From the NCBI GenBank assembly GCA_965277805.1, contig OZ255842.1:800001-864000 (forward strand): DNA of 64,000 nucleotides, given 5' to 3'. The stretch is from Candidatus Lustribacter sp. Lineage in GTDB: Bacteria; Vulcanimicrobiota; Vulcanimicrobiia; Vulcanimicrobiales; Vulcanimicrobiaceae. The notes below the pieces were generated by a model. That model did not search any database and was not told the DNA's origin. It was given only the letters and a program-made list of their open reading frames with translations. The stretch's first letter is position 1; every line of letters begins with the position of its first letter. The position numbers and the translations under genes are program-made. Positions 38,003 through 47,876 of this stretch are shown here, in pieces.

Positions 38003-39083
38003 CGTCGCTGCCGCCATCGCGCTGGCGGCTCTGGTTCCCATCGCGGCGCAAGCCACGTTGCAGACGGACCCCAACGCGCTCACCCGCACGATGAAGGCCG
38101 CCTTCGATCGGGGCGTTGCGAACGGCTGGCACTTTGCCGACGACGTGTATTATTTCTCGACCGTCCTCGACGCCGGCCGGGCCTACGACCTCGTCCGCCG
38201 CGACGACCCCGATAACCTCAAGCTGGAAGGCACCACGCTCGACATCGCCGCCAAGCTGCATTACGACCCGCTGATCAACCGGGACGCTGCCGAGTGGTAC
38301 GTCCGCGAGGCAGCCGCTGCGTACGCCGAAGATCCGGTGCGCGGTCCGGCGGCCAAAGCGCTGCTGCTCAAGCTCGAGCTCGACGATGCTAGTCCGGCGC
38401 GCCTCGCGCAGGACGGTGACGCCGATGCCACGCTCAACGCGACGGGCGCGCCGAATGACGTCGAGGCACTGCTCGAACAAGTGGACGCCGATTTGCGCGC
38501 CTACCTGATCACGAACGACACACATTACCGTTCGCTGGCGCTCTTGCGCGCGGCGCAGCCGGGGTTCCCGATCGGGCTCGTGCCCGACGACACCGGGAAG
38601 CCGCTATGGGCGGCAGCGGAAGCGGCGCGTAACGGCACGGCCGGCTACAGCGACGTCGACCATCAGGCGGCCGTTGCGATGTACTCGCACAAAGCCGCGG
38701 CGAAGGTGTTGCCGACGATCGGGCGCGTGCTCTCGCACAACGCCTACCTCGTGATTACGGCGCCGGCCGACGAGTACTTCGGCCAGACGAAACTCTCGCC
38801 GATCGGCGTCCGGAACGAGCTGGCCCGCATCGGCAAGTACCTCGACGCGGGCTGGGGCAACCGGATGACGAAGGACACGCTCTGGGTGATCGACTCGCTC
38901 GAGGACTGGCAGCACCAGTACCCGCGCGATTACGAGCTCCCGCGCCTCTTGCTGCAGACATATAAAACGCTGGGGCGCATGGACTCTCCCGAAGCCGAGA
39001 AAGCCGAAGCCGACGTGCGCCGAACCCTCACGGTCGACTACAACGGAACGACCGAAGCCCGCTCGATCTTGATGCCGGGATGA
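37968..39083 (+). CDS. hypothetical secreted protein
   Basis: Signal peptide AAAIALAALVPIAAQA; overlaps both neighbours; host-like codon usage. Confidence 0.75.
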   Translation: MRSWTIPRKFRNVAAAIALAALVPIAAQATLQTDPNALTRTMKAAFDRGVANGWHFADDVYYFSTVLDAGRAYDLVRRDDPDNLKLEGTTLDIAAKLHYDPLINRDAAEWYVREAAAAYAEDPVRGPAAKALLLKLELDDASPARLAQDGDADATLNATGAPNDVEALLEQVDADLRAYLITNDTHYRSLALLRAAQPGFPIGLVPDDTGKPLWAAAEAARNGTAGYSDVDHQAAVAMYSHKAAAKVLPTIGRVLSHNAYLVITAPADEYFGQTKLSPIGVRNELARIGKYLDAGWGNRMTKDTLWVIDSLEDWQHQYPRDYELPRLLLQTYKTLGRMDSPEAEKAEADVRRTLTVDYNGTTEARSILMPG

Positions 39084-40222
39084 TTTCACCTGGTCCCGGG
39101 CTCGCCAAGACGCTCGCGATGTACGACGCGTCGAACCTGACGCTGTCGTCGATCGGCAGTCATTCCGCACTCGACGTTGCCTCGGGTGCGAAAGCTGCCG
39201 GCTTGCGGAACCTGATCATCACCGAGCGCGGCCGCGAGCGGACGTACACCGAGCACTACGCGGTGCAATCCGATCCTCCACGCGGCTGCGTCGATGCGAC
39301 GATCGTGCTCGAACGCTTCACCGATCTGCTCGATGCGAACGTGCAAGAGAACTTGATCGAGCAGAACGTGATCTTCGTTCCGAACCGTTCGTTTGAAGTG
39401 TACCTGCACCAGAAGTTCTCCTACGACGAGATCGAGCGCGGGATGCGCTGCCTGTTCTTCGGCAACCGGCGTCTGCTGCGCGCTGAAGAACGCGATGAGG
39501 AAAACAACCAGTACACGCTGATGCAGGCGGCGGGCATCGCCTTTCCCAAGCAGTTCGCGCGCGCCGCGGAGATCGACCGGCTCGTCATGGTCAAGGCGCC
39601 GCATGCGAAGATCTCGTTCGAACGCGCGTTCTTTCTCGCGCGCTCACCGGAAGAATTCGCCGCGAAGTCGGAGCACCTCATCGACGCCGGGATCGTGACG
39701 CGCGAGGGCGTGCGCGGCGCGGTCATCGAGGAATACGCGCTCGGACCGACGGTCAACCTGAATTTCTTCTACTCGCCGCTGCTCGACGAACTGGAACTCC
39801 TCGGCACCGACACGCGCCGCCAGACGAACCTCGACGGCTTGCGCGGTCTGCCGTTCTCGCAAGCGCAGCAACTCGCCGACGAGCCGGTGCGGATGGAAGA
39901 AGCGGGCCACATCGCAACGACCTTGACCGAGTCGATGCTGGAGAAGGCGTTCGAGATGGGCGAAAGGTTCGTGCGTGCGACGCAGTACGCCGATCCGCCG
40001 GGCATCATCGGGCCGTTTGCGCTGCAGTGCGTGATCGTTGCCGGACCGCCGAAGCGCTTCATCTGCTACGACGTGTCGATGCGGATCCCGGGATCGCCGG
40101 GCACGCGCTACACGCCGTACACCGCCTATCGCTGGGGGCGCGACGTTTCGGTCGGCGAGCGCATTGCGATGGAAGTCGTGATGGCGCGCGACCAGAATCG
40201 CCTCGGCGAGGTCTTGACCTGA
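39080..40222 (+). CDS. PurP paralog (DUF1246/DUF1297 ATP-grasp)
   Basis: IGSHSALDV, VPNRSF, ERAFF, DTRRQTNLDG, GPFALQ, RIPGSPG, GERIAME. Confidence 0.88.
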   Translation: MISPGPGLAKTLAMYDASNLTLSSIGSHSALDVASGAKAAGLRNLIITERGRERTYTEHYAVQSDPPRGCVDATIVLERFTDLLDANVQENLIEQNVIFVPNRSFEVYLHQKFSYDEIERGMRCLFFGNRRLLRAEERDEENNQYTLMQAAGIAFPKQFARAAEIDRLVMVKAPHAKISFERAFFLARSPEEFAAKSEHLIDAGIVTREGVRGAVIEEYALGPTVNLNFFYSPLLDELELLGTDTRRQTNLDGLRGLPFSQAQQLADEPVRMEEAGHIATTLTESMLEKAFEMGERFVRATQYADPPGIIGPFALQCVIVAGPPKRFICYDVSMRIPGSPGTRYTPYTAYRWGRDVSVGERIAMEVVMARDQNRLGEVLT

Positions 40223-40243
40223 CCCTCTAGCGAACGGGAGAGC

Positions 40244-41806
40244 ATGGCCGCCGTGACCTCGCGCACCGGAACCGTCGTCATCCTCGATTTCGGTTCGCAG
40301 GTGAGTCAGCTGATCGCGCGGCGCGCGCGCGAATCGAATGTCTATTCGGAGTTGCTGCCGTTCGATACGCCGTGGGCGGAGATCGCCAAGCGCGAACCGG
40401 CGGCGATCGTGCTCAGCGGCGGCCCGGAAAGCACGCTCGGGCCCGACGCGCCCGATTGCGCGCCGGAAGTGTTCACCAGCGGCCTGCCGTTGCTCGGCAT
40501 CTGCTACGGCATGCAGCTCGTTGCGAAGAAGCTCGGCGGAACGCTCGTTCCGCTGGCGCACAGCGAGTTCGGTGCGGCGATGCTCACGGTCGATGCGCCC
40601 GAGTGCCCGCTCTTTCTCGGCGTTCCGGCAACGTCGCGCGTGTGGATGTCGCACGGCGACACGGTCACCGCTCCCCCGCCCGGATTCCGCGTCTACGCGC
40701 ACACGGAACGCTCGGCGGTCGCCGCCATCGGCGATGAGGCGCGCCGTATTTACGGCGTGACGTTCCATCCCGAAGTCGTGCACACCGAAGCGGGCACGGC
40801 CATCCTGCAGAATTTTCTGCATCGCGTCGCGGCGATCGTGCCGGCATGGGAAATGGCGTCGTTCGTCGACGATGCGATCGAACGCATCCGCCGCGAAGTC
40901 GGCACGGCCAACGTCATTTGCGCGCTCTCCGGCGGCGTCGACTCGGCCGTTGCGGCTACGCTCGTCTCGCGCGCCATCGGCAAACAGCTCACCTGCATCT
41001 ACGTCGACACGGGCCTGATGCGCAAGGACGAATCGGCCGGCGTGCTCGCTGCGTTTCGCGACATCCTGCACCTCAACGTCATCGCGATCGACGCCGAGGA
41101 ACGCTTTCTCGGGCGTCTCGCCGGCATCACCGATCCCGAAGAGAAGCGCGTGCGGATCGGTCACGAGTTCATTGCGATCTTCGAAGAAGAGTCGAAGAAG
41201 ATCCCCGACGTGCAGTTCCTCGTCCAGGGCACGCTCTATCCCGACGTGATCGAATCGAAGACGCCGGGCTCGAAAGCCGGCCACAAGATCAAGTCGCACC
41301 ACAACGTCGGCGGTTTACCGGAACGGATGGCGTTGGGTTTGATCGAGCCGTTGCGCGAACTCTTCAAGGACGAAGTGCGCAAGGTCGGCTCGGTGCTCGG
41401 TTTGCCCGACGCGATCGTGCAGCGGCAGCCGTTCCCCGGGCCCGGCTTGGCCGTGCGCATCATCGGCGAAGTGAACCGCGAGTCGCTCGCGACCGTGCGC
41501 GCCGCCGACTGGATCGTGACGAGCGAAATCGATGCGGCCACCGATCTGCACCCGCGTCCGTGGCAATACTTCGCCGTGCTCACGCCCGTGCGCAGCGTCG
41601 GCGTGATGGGCGACGGCCGCACCTATGCGAACCTCGTCGGCGTCCGCGCGATCACCTCGGAAGACGGCATGACGGCCGACTGGGCCCGTCTCCCGCACGA
41701 TCTCCTCGCCCGCATCTCCACGCGCATCGTCAACGAGGTCCCCGGCGTCAACCGGGTCGCCTACGACATCACCTCCAAACCGCCCGCAACCGTCGAGTGG
41801 GAATGA
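40244..41806 (+). CDS. guaA: GMP synthase (glutamine-hydrolysing)
   Basis: LDFGSQ, GICYGMQ, SGGVDS, IKSHHNVGG, KPPATVEWE. Confidence 0.97.
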   Translation: MAAVTSRTGTVVILDFGSQVSQLIARRARESNVYSELLPFDTPWAEIAKREPAAIVLSGGPESTLGPDAPDCAPEVFTSGLPLLGICYGMQLVAKKLGGTLVPLAHSEFGAAMLTVDAPECPLFLGVPATSRVWMSHGDTVTAPPPGFRVYAHTERSAVAAIGDEARRIYGVTFHPEVVHTEAGTAILQNFLHRVAAIVPAWEMASFVDDAIERIRREVGTANVICALSGGVDSAVAATLVSRAIGKQLTCIYVDTGLMRKDESAGVLAAFRDILHLNVIAIDAEERFLGRLAGITDPEEKRVRIGHEFIAIFEEESKKIPDVQFLVQGTLYPDVIESKTPGSKAGHKIKSHHNVGGLPERMALGLIEPLRELFKDEVRKVGSVLGLPDAIVQRQPFPGPGLAVRIIGEVNRESLATVRAADWIVTSEIDAATDLHPRPWQYFAVLTPVRSVGVMGDGRTYANLVGVRAITSEDGMTADWARLPHDLLARISTRIVNEVPGVNRVAYDITSKPPATVEWE

Positions 41807-43074
41807 GAATTCTCGTGGTCGGTGGCGGCGCTCGTGAAGATGCGCTGTCGTGGAAGCTCGCGGAATCGCCGTCGTGTGAGGCGATCTTCCACGCCCCGGG
41901 CAACGCCGGCACCGCATCGCGCGGAACGAATTTCGCCGACGTTTCGGCTACCGACACGCGCGCGATCCTCGACCGCGCCAAAGCCAACGCCATCGACCTC
42001 ACCGTGGTCGGTCCCGAAACCGCGCTCGCGGCGGGCGTTGCCGATCGTCTGCGCGATGCGGGCCTGAACGTCTTCGGTCCCAACCGTTCCGGCGCACGGC
42101 TCGAGTCGAGCAAGGCGTTCGCCAAACGTTTCATGGAACGTCACGGCATTCCGACCGCGCGTTTCGCCGTCGTCCATTCGCTGGCGGCCGCGCTCAAAGC
42201 GCTCGATCAATTCCCGAACGGCGTGGTGGTGAAAGCCGATGGGCTCGCGGCCGGCAAAGGCGTCGTCGTGTGCGACGATACCGCCGCTGCTTCGAACGTG
42301 CTGCGCGAGTGGTATGAGAAGAATAACGTTCCCGGCGGCGGCACCGACATCGTACTCGAAGAGCGGATGAGCGGTCGCGAGATTTCCGTCTTCGCGATTT
42401 CCGACGGCCGCGCGATGATCCCGATCGCGGCGGCGTGCGATTACAAGCGCGCCGGCGATGACGATCGCGGTCCGAATACGGGCGGCATGGGAGCGTATTC
42501 GCCGCCCTCCGGTTTCCCCGCCAACGTGCTCGAGATCGTCCGCGAGCGCGTGATCGCGCCGGTGCTGCGCGGCTTGCTCGCGGAAGATGAAATCTACCGC
42601 GGCGTGCTCTACGTGGGCCTGATGTGGACCGATAGCGGTCCGCGGGTGGTCGAGTTCAACGCCCGCTTCGGCGATCCGGAAACGCAAGTGATGATGCCGC
42701 GCGTCGGCGGCGACTTCGCGCGCTATCTGGCCAGCGCCGCGGAAGGCGCGATCGAACTCGACGCCGCGCACTTCTCCGACGATGCGTGCGTGGGCGTCAC
42801 GCTCACGACCGACCGCTACCCCTACGAGAACACGAAGATCGCCGGCCTGCCGGCCACGTTGCGGCTGCCCGACCACGTGGCCGTTTTTTGGGGCACGTCG
42901 ACGCGTGAGGGCGACCGCATGTCCTCACCCGGCGGACGGGTCCTCACCGTCACCGCGACGGCGCCGACCGTGGCCGAGGCGCGGACGCGGGCCTACGATG
43001 CGATCGCCCAGCTCAAGCCGCAATTCCCGCCCAACACGCCGCTCGTCTACCGCTCCGACATCGCCCGCCTCTAG
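41803..43074 (+). CDS. purD: phosphoribosylamine--glycine ligase
   Basis: GGGARE, APGNAG, LESSK, KADGLAAGKGV, GPNTGGMGAY, EFNARFGDPE. Confidence 0.96.
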   Translation: MRILVVGGGAREDALSWKLAESPSCEAIFHAPGNAGTASRGTNFADVSATDTRAILDRAKANAIDLTVVGPETALAAGVADRLRDAGLNVFGPNRSGARLESSKAFAKRFMERHGIPTARFAVVHSLAAALKALDQFPNGVVVKADGLAAGKGVVVCDDTAAASNVLREWYEKNNVPGGGTDIVLEERMSGREISVFAISDGRAMIPIAAACDYKRAGDDDRGPNTGGMGAYSPPSGFPANVLEIVRERVIAPVLRGLLAEDEIYRGVLYVGLMWTDSGPRVVEFNARFGDPETQVMMPRVGGDFARYLASAAEGAIELDAAHFSDDACVGVTLTTDRYPYENTKIAGLPATLRLPDHVAVFWGTSTREGDRMSSPGGRVLTVTATAPTVAEARTRAYDAIAQLKPQFPPNTPLVYRSDIARL

Positions 43075-43137
43075 CGACCAGAGCAACCGGGCCGCCCTCG
43101 AAACCTCCGGCGCGGCGCCGTGGTAGTGAGGAGCAGC

Positions 43138-43800
43138 ATGAACAACCCGCGCTACTCCGGCTACCAGGGCGGCTCCGCCGTCCAAAGCGCCCCGGCGCTC
43201 CTCGGCCAGGTCCTCGGGATCACCGGGGTCGGCTTCCTGATCACCGCGCTCGCCGCGTATCTCTTCGGCGGCGTCTCGCAAATCGTCGCGACCATCGCGT
43301 TCTTTGCGGGCTTCGCGATGATCTTCGTGATGCGCAGCGTACGCCGTAACCCGGCCGTTGCGCTCTTGTGGTTCTACGCGTTTACGTTCGTCGAGGGCAT
43401 CGGCATCGCGCCGCTGATCTCGCATTACACGGCCGTCGCCGGCGCCGAAGTCGTCGTCGATGCAGCCGCCACCACCGGCTTCGGCATGCTCGTGCTGGGC
43501 GGCGTCGCGTTCACGTTCTCGATCGATTGGCGGCGCTTCCAAGGTATCGCGTTCGGCGCGCTGCTCGTGCTCGTGCTCGCCGGCATCGCCTCAATCTTCT
43601 TTCACTTCATCAACCCCGGCGTGTATGCGTGGGCGACCCTGGGCATCTTCACGCTGCTCACGCTGGTCGACTTCAGTCGCATCCGCGCCGGCGGCGACGG
43701 CCTGACGCCCGTCGACCTTGCCGTGTCGATCTACCTCGACGGCCTGAACATCTTCATCGCACTGCTCGAACTCTTCGGGATGCGTAGCCGGGACGATTAG
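43138..43800 (+). CDS. Bax inhibitor-1/YccA family membrane protein
   Basis: Seven hydrophobic segments; AVSIYLDGLNIF motif. Confidence 0.88.
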   Translation: MNNPRYSGYQGGSAVQSAPALLGQVLGITGVGFLITALAAYLFGGVSQIVATIAFFAGFAMIFVMRSVRRNPAVALLWFYAFTFVEGIGIAPLISHYTAVAGAEVVVDAAATTGFGMLVLGGVAFTFSIDWRRFQGIAFGALLVLVLAGIASIFFHFINPGVYAWATLGIFTLLTLVDFSRIRAGGDGLTPVDLAVSIYLDGLNIFIALLELFGMRSRDD

Positions 43801-43824
43801 CCCCTAACCGGGAAGGGTCCAGGT

Positions 43825-45210
43825 ATGTGCGGGATCGCGGCCGTCTATGCGCCAGGGCTCGATGTTGCGCGGCTCGTGTACTTTGGCCTATACGCTTTGC
43901 AGCACCGCGGCCAAGAGAGCGCCGGCATCGCGGTCGGCGACGGCACGACGATGTCGAGCCATCGCGAGATGGGCTTGCTCACTGGTGTCTTCACCGAAGA
44001 GATTCTCGGCCGCCTCAACGGTTACGTTGCGATGGGGCACACGCGGTACTCGACGACCGGTTCGTCGGTCATCGTCAACGCACAGCCGTTCATGGAAAAT
44101 ACCGACATCGGCCCGTTCGCGTTCGGCCACAACGGCAATCTGACCAACGCCGACGAGATGCTGGCGGCGCTGCCGTCGACGGTCCGGCTCGATGCGACCT
44201 CCGATAGCGAAATTCTGGCGAAGACGATCGCGCTCGGCACCGGTGCGACGCTGGTCGAACGCATCAAGAGCGCGATGGCTCTCGCCGAGGGCGCGTATTC
44301 GGTCGTCATGACCACGCCCGATTCCATCATCGCGTTTCGCGATCCGTGGGGCGTGCGGCCACTGTGCATCGGCACCTACGGCGACGGCGGCTACATGATC
44401 GCATCAGAATCGTGCGCGATGGCCACGGTCGGCGCGCAGTACTTACGCGAGATCGAAGCCGGCGAAATCGTGGTCGTCGATCGCAACGGCATGCGCAGCG
44501 AACACATCGAGAAGGTCGAGCCGCCGGCGCTCTGCATGTTCGAGTACATCTACTTCGCGCGGCCCGATTCGGTGCTCTCCGGACGTTCGATCTACATGGC
44601 ACGCTACGAGATGGGACGTGCTCTCGCTCGCGAGCATCCGGTCGACGCCGACGTCGTCATGGCGGTGCCCGATTCGGCCATTCCGGGTGGCATCGGCTAC
44701 GCGGCCGAAAGCGGCTTGCCGTACGTCGAAGGGCTGATCAAGAACCGCTACATCGGGCGTACGTTCATCAGCCCGGATCAGAACGTGCGCAATCAAGGCG
44801 TGCAGCTGAAATTCAACCCGATCGTTGAGAACCTGCGCGGCCAGCGCGTCGTCGTGGTCGACGATTCGATCGTGCGCGGCACCACCACGCCGCGCATCGT
44901 CTCGCTGCTGCGCGATGCGGGCGCGCGCGAAGTGCACTTGCGCATCACCTCGCCGCCGATCGTGCATCCCTGTTATCTCGGCGTCGACATGGCGACCTAC
45001 AAAGAACTGATTGCGGCCAACCTGACGGTCGATCAGATCCGCGCGCGCGTCGGAGCCGATTCGCTCGGCTATCTCAGCGTGGATCGCCTGGTCGAGTCGA
45101 CCGGACGCGAACGGTCCGATTTCTGCCTCGGGTGTCTGACCGGAGCGTATCCAAGCGCGCCCGTCGTCGCAATGCCGGGCGCCGATCGCCAACCCGCGCT
45201 CAAGCTCTAG
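43825..45210 (+). CDS. purF: amidophosphoribosyltransferase
   Basis: MCGI, LQHRGQESAGI, GHTRYST, FEYIYFARPDS, VDDSIVRGTT. Confidence 0.97.
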   Translation: MCGIAAVYAPGLDVARLVYFGLYALQHRGQESAGIAVGDGTTMSSHREMGLLTGVFTEEILGRLNGYVAMGHTRYSTTGSSVIVNAQPFMENTDIGPFAFGHNGNLTNADEMLAALPSTVRLDATSDSEILAKTIALGTGATLVERIKSAMALAEGAYSVVMTTPDSIIAFRDPWGVRPLCIGTYGDGGYMIASESCAMATVGAQYLREIEAGEIVVVDRNGMRSEHIEKVEPPALCMFEYIYFARPDSVLSGRSIYMARYEMGRALAREHPVDADVVMAVPDSAIPGGIGYAAESGLPYVEGLIKNRYIGRTFISPDQNVRNQGVQLKFNPIVENLRGQRVVVVDDSIVRGTTTPRIVSLLRDAGAREVHLRITSPPIVHPCYLGVDMATYKELIAANLTVDQIRARVGADSLGYLSVDRLVESTGRERSDFCLGCLTGAYPSAPVVAMPGADRQPALKL

Positions 45211-46662
45211 GTGCGCGTCGGCGCGACGCCGTTTTCCGATCCGCGTCAGCTCGCCGCGATCGACGACCTGCTTCGCCAAAAGCCCGACGAGCTCGCGTAT
45301 CGCTTCGGTCGCGCGTGCTGTCTCGAGGACCTGGGTCGCATCGATGAGGCGATGACGGCGTACGTCGACCTGCTCACGCGCGAGCCGACGCACTTCGGCG
45401 GGCTGACGAACCTCGGCTCGCTCTTGTTCGAACGCGGGTATATCGCGCAAGCCCGGCCGTATATCTCGGCGGCGGTGAAGCTGCACCCCGGCGACCCGGT
45501 GGCGCTGGTGAACTTCGCGCAGCTGCAGGCCGCGGGCGACGATGATTTCGACGCCGCGATCGCGACGTACACCTCGGTCCTGCAGGTGCGGCCGGAGTTT
45601 CTGCACGCGCATCTCGGACTCGCGGCGATCTACACGCAGACCGGACGGCCGGAACTCGCGCAAGCGCATCTCGATCGCGCGTACACCGAACCGAAGGCAT
45701 GGACCTTTCCCTATCGCGGCAGCGCGCCGCCGTTGCAGGTGCTGCTGCTCGTATCGGCGTTCGGCGGGGACATGGTCACGAATCTGTTTTTCGACGACGA
45801 GGTCGTGCAGAAGGGCGTGCTACTCGCAGATTCGGTGCGCGGCCCGCTCGAGTTCCCACCCTATCACGTGCTGTTCAACGCGATCGGTGATGCCGACCGC
45901 AGCCGTCCGAGCTTGGAACGCGCGGTGGCAATCGCCGCCGCATCGCCGGCCGCGGTGATCAATGAACCGGCGGCGGTGTTGCGCACGGGACGGGTCGAGA
46001 CGATGCAGCGCTTGCGCGGCTTGCCCGGGGTGCGCGCGCCGCGCACGGAGCGAATCGCCCGCGAAGCGCTCACGGCGGCCGCGTTGACGGAACGCGGCTT
46101 TACGTTTCCTCTGCTCCTGCGTTCGCCCGGACATCATGCCGGCGATCATTTCGCAGTCGCGCGGACGGCGGATCAACTATCGGGCGTGATGGAAGCGCTG
46201 CCGGGGCGCGATCTGCTCGCGATCGAGTACCTCGATGCGCGCGGAGCCGACGGCGACGTGCGCAAATATCGCGTCGTGGCCGTTGACGGGAAGCTATACC
46301 CGGTGCATCTGGCGATCGCGTCGCAGTGGAAGGTCCACTACTTCAGCGCGGAGATGACGGATCGAGCGGACCACCGGGCCGAAGAGGCTGCCTTTCTCGA
46401 GGACATGACGGCGGTCGCCGGCGAGCGCGGCATGCGCGCGCTCGAGGCGATCGTTGCGACGATGGGGCTGGATTATGCCGGCGTTGATTTCGGAATCGAT
46501 TCTGCGGGTACCATCCTCGTGTTCGAAGCGAATGCCACGATGGCGGTCTATCCGCCCGACGATGGTGAGCTGTGGGGCTATCGCCGCCGGGCCGTCGATC
46601 GCGTGATCGCCGCCGTGCGCACGATGCTCGTCGAACGTGCTAAAACCGCGGGGTATGCTTGA
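45211..46662 (+). CDS. TPR-repeat protein with C-terminal ATP-grasp (RimK-like) domain
   Basis: TPR helices; FPLLLRSPG, RKYRV, GLDYAGVDFG, VFEANATM. Confidence 0.78.
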   Translation: MRVGATPFSDPRQLAAIDDLLRQKPDELAYRFGRACCLEDLGRIDEAMTAYVDLLTREPTHFGGLTNLGSLLFERGYIAQARPYISAAVKLHPGDPVALVNFAQLQAAGDDDFDAAIATYTSVLQVRPEFLHAHLGLAAIYTQTGRPELAQAHLDRAYTEPKAWTFPYRGSAPPLQVLLLVSAFGGDMVTNLFFDDEVVQKGVLLADSVRGPLEFPPYHVLFNAIGDADRSRPSLERAVAIAAASPAAVINEPAAVLRTGRVETMQRLRGLPGVRAPRTERIAREALTAAALTERGFTFPLLLRSPGHHAGDHFAVARTADQLSGVMEALPGRDLLAIEYLDARGADGDVRKYRVVAVDGKLYPVHLAIASQWKVHYFSAEMTDRADHRAEEAAFLEDMTAVAGERGMRALEAIVATMGLDYAGVDFGIDSAGTILVFEANATMAVYPPDDGELWGYRRRAVDRVIAAVRTMLVERAKTAGYA

Positions 46663-47408
46663 AAAAACTCATCGTGTTCGATCTCGACGGAACGCTGGCC
46701 GAAAGCAAATCGGCGATCGACTCCGAGATGTCCGGCCTGCTGGGCCGTCTGCTCGCCGTGGAGCGCGTGGCCGTCATCTCGGGCGGCGCCTTTCCGCAGT
46801 TCGAACAGCAGCTCGTCGGCAATCTGCCGAAGGACGGTGATCTCTCGAAGCTCTCGCTCTTGCCGACCTGCGGCACGCGCTTCTATTCCTACGAAGGCGG
46901 CGCGTGGAAGTTGCTCTATGCTGAAGACTTCAGCCCCGATCAAAAGAAGAAGATCCTCGCCGCACTGAACCAAGCCGTCGATCAATCCGGCTTCAAGGCG
47001 GAGAAAACGTGGGGTGAGGCGATCGAAGATCGCGATAGCCAGATCACCTACTCGGCTTTAGGTCAGCAAGCTCCGCTCGATGCGAAGAAGACCTGGGACC
47101 CCGATTTCTCCAAGCGCAAAAAAATCAAGAGCATCCTCGATCCGCTGCTTCCGGATTTCGCGGTCAACCTCGGCGGCTCGACGTCGATCGACATCACCAA
47201 GCCCGGCATCGACAAAGCCTATGGTATCCACAAACTCGAGAGCATCCTGAACATTCCGATCGCCCAAATGCTCTACATCGGCGACGCGCTCTTCCCAGGC
47301 GGCAACGACTACCCCGCTCGCTCCACCGGCGCCGACTGCATCCAAGTCCGCGACCCCAACGAAACAAAACGCGTCATCGAAGCCATCATCGCCTGCGAAT
47401 CCCCATAG
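46659..47408 (+). CDS. HAD-IIB hydrolase, eukaryotic-type phosphomannomutase-like
   Basis: FDLDGTL, IEDR.SQIT, GGSTSID, GIDKAY, GDALFPGGND. Confidence 0.85.
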   Translation: MKKLIVFDLDGTLAESKSAIDSEMSGLLGRLLAVERVAVISGGAFPQFEQQLVGNLPKDGDLSKLSLLPTCGTRFYSYEGGAWKLLYAEDFSPDQKKKILAALNQAVDQSGFKAEKTWGEAIEDRDSQITYSALGQQAPLDAKKTWDPDFSKRKKIKSILDPLLPDFAVNLGGSTSIDITKPGIDKAYGIHKLESILNIPIAQMLYIGDALFPGGNDYPARSTGADCIQVRDPNETKRVIEAIIACESP

Positions 47409-47432
47409 ACCGCCCCGCTGTCATTAAACCAC

Positions 47433-47616
47433 TGTCATCCGAGCAAAGCGCCGAAGGCGCGTCGTCGAGGAACGCGCCACGATCGTCGCTATCGAGCAGT
47501 GGAGTGGAAAAAAAAAGAAGAAGTAACCACTGCTCGCGCCTTCGCGCTCGCACTCTAAATACGAGAGATTTTCTCGGTTCCTCGACTACGCGCTACGCGC
47601 TTCGCTCGGAATGACA
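47433..47616. repeat. long nested inverted repeat (REP/REPIN/MITE-like)
   Basis: TGTCATCCGAGC...GTCGAGGAAC pairs with GTTCCTCGAC...GCTCGGAATGACA; inner CGAGCAGTGG/CCACTGCTCG arms around an A-rich loop. Confidence 0.75.
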
Positions 47617-47624
47617 CAAAAAAA

Positions 47625-47876
47625 ATGATCGTTGCTTTGGGTTACCTCGCTGCCGTGCTTACGAGCGGCGCGGCTCTTCCGCAGGTTATTCATACGCTGC
47701 GTTCGCGTGATGTGCGTGGTATATCCGTACCATACTGGCTGACACTTTCAGCCGGTGTGGCGTTGTGGCTCATCTACGGACTCTACATTGGTTCCGGGCC
47801 GTTGATCGCGGCGAATGCCGTGTCGCTCGGCCTCGATCTTGCCGTGCTGTGGTTAACCTTTCGGTATCGCGTTTAA
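47625..47876 (+). CDS. SemiSWEET / PQ-loop family transporter
   Basis: LPQVIHT...GIS...LWLIYG...PLIAAN; three TM segments. Confidence 0.85.
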   Translation: MIVALGYLAAVLTSGAALPQVIHTLRSRDVRGISVPYWLTLSAGVALWLIYGLYIGSGPLIAANAVSLGLDLAVLWLTFRYRV

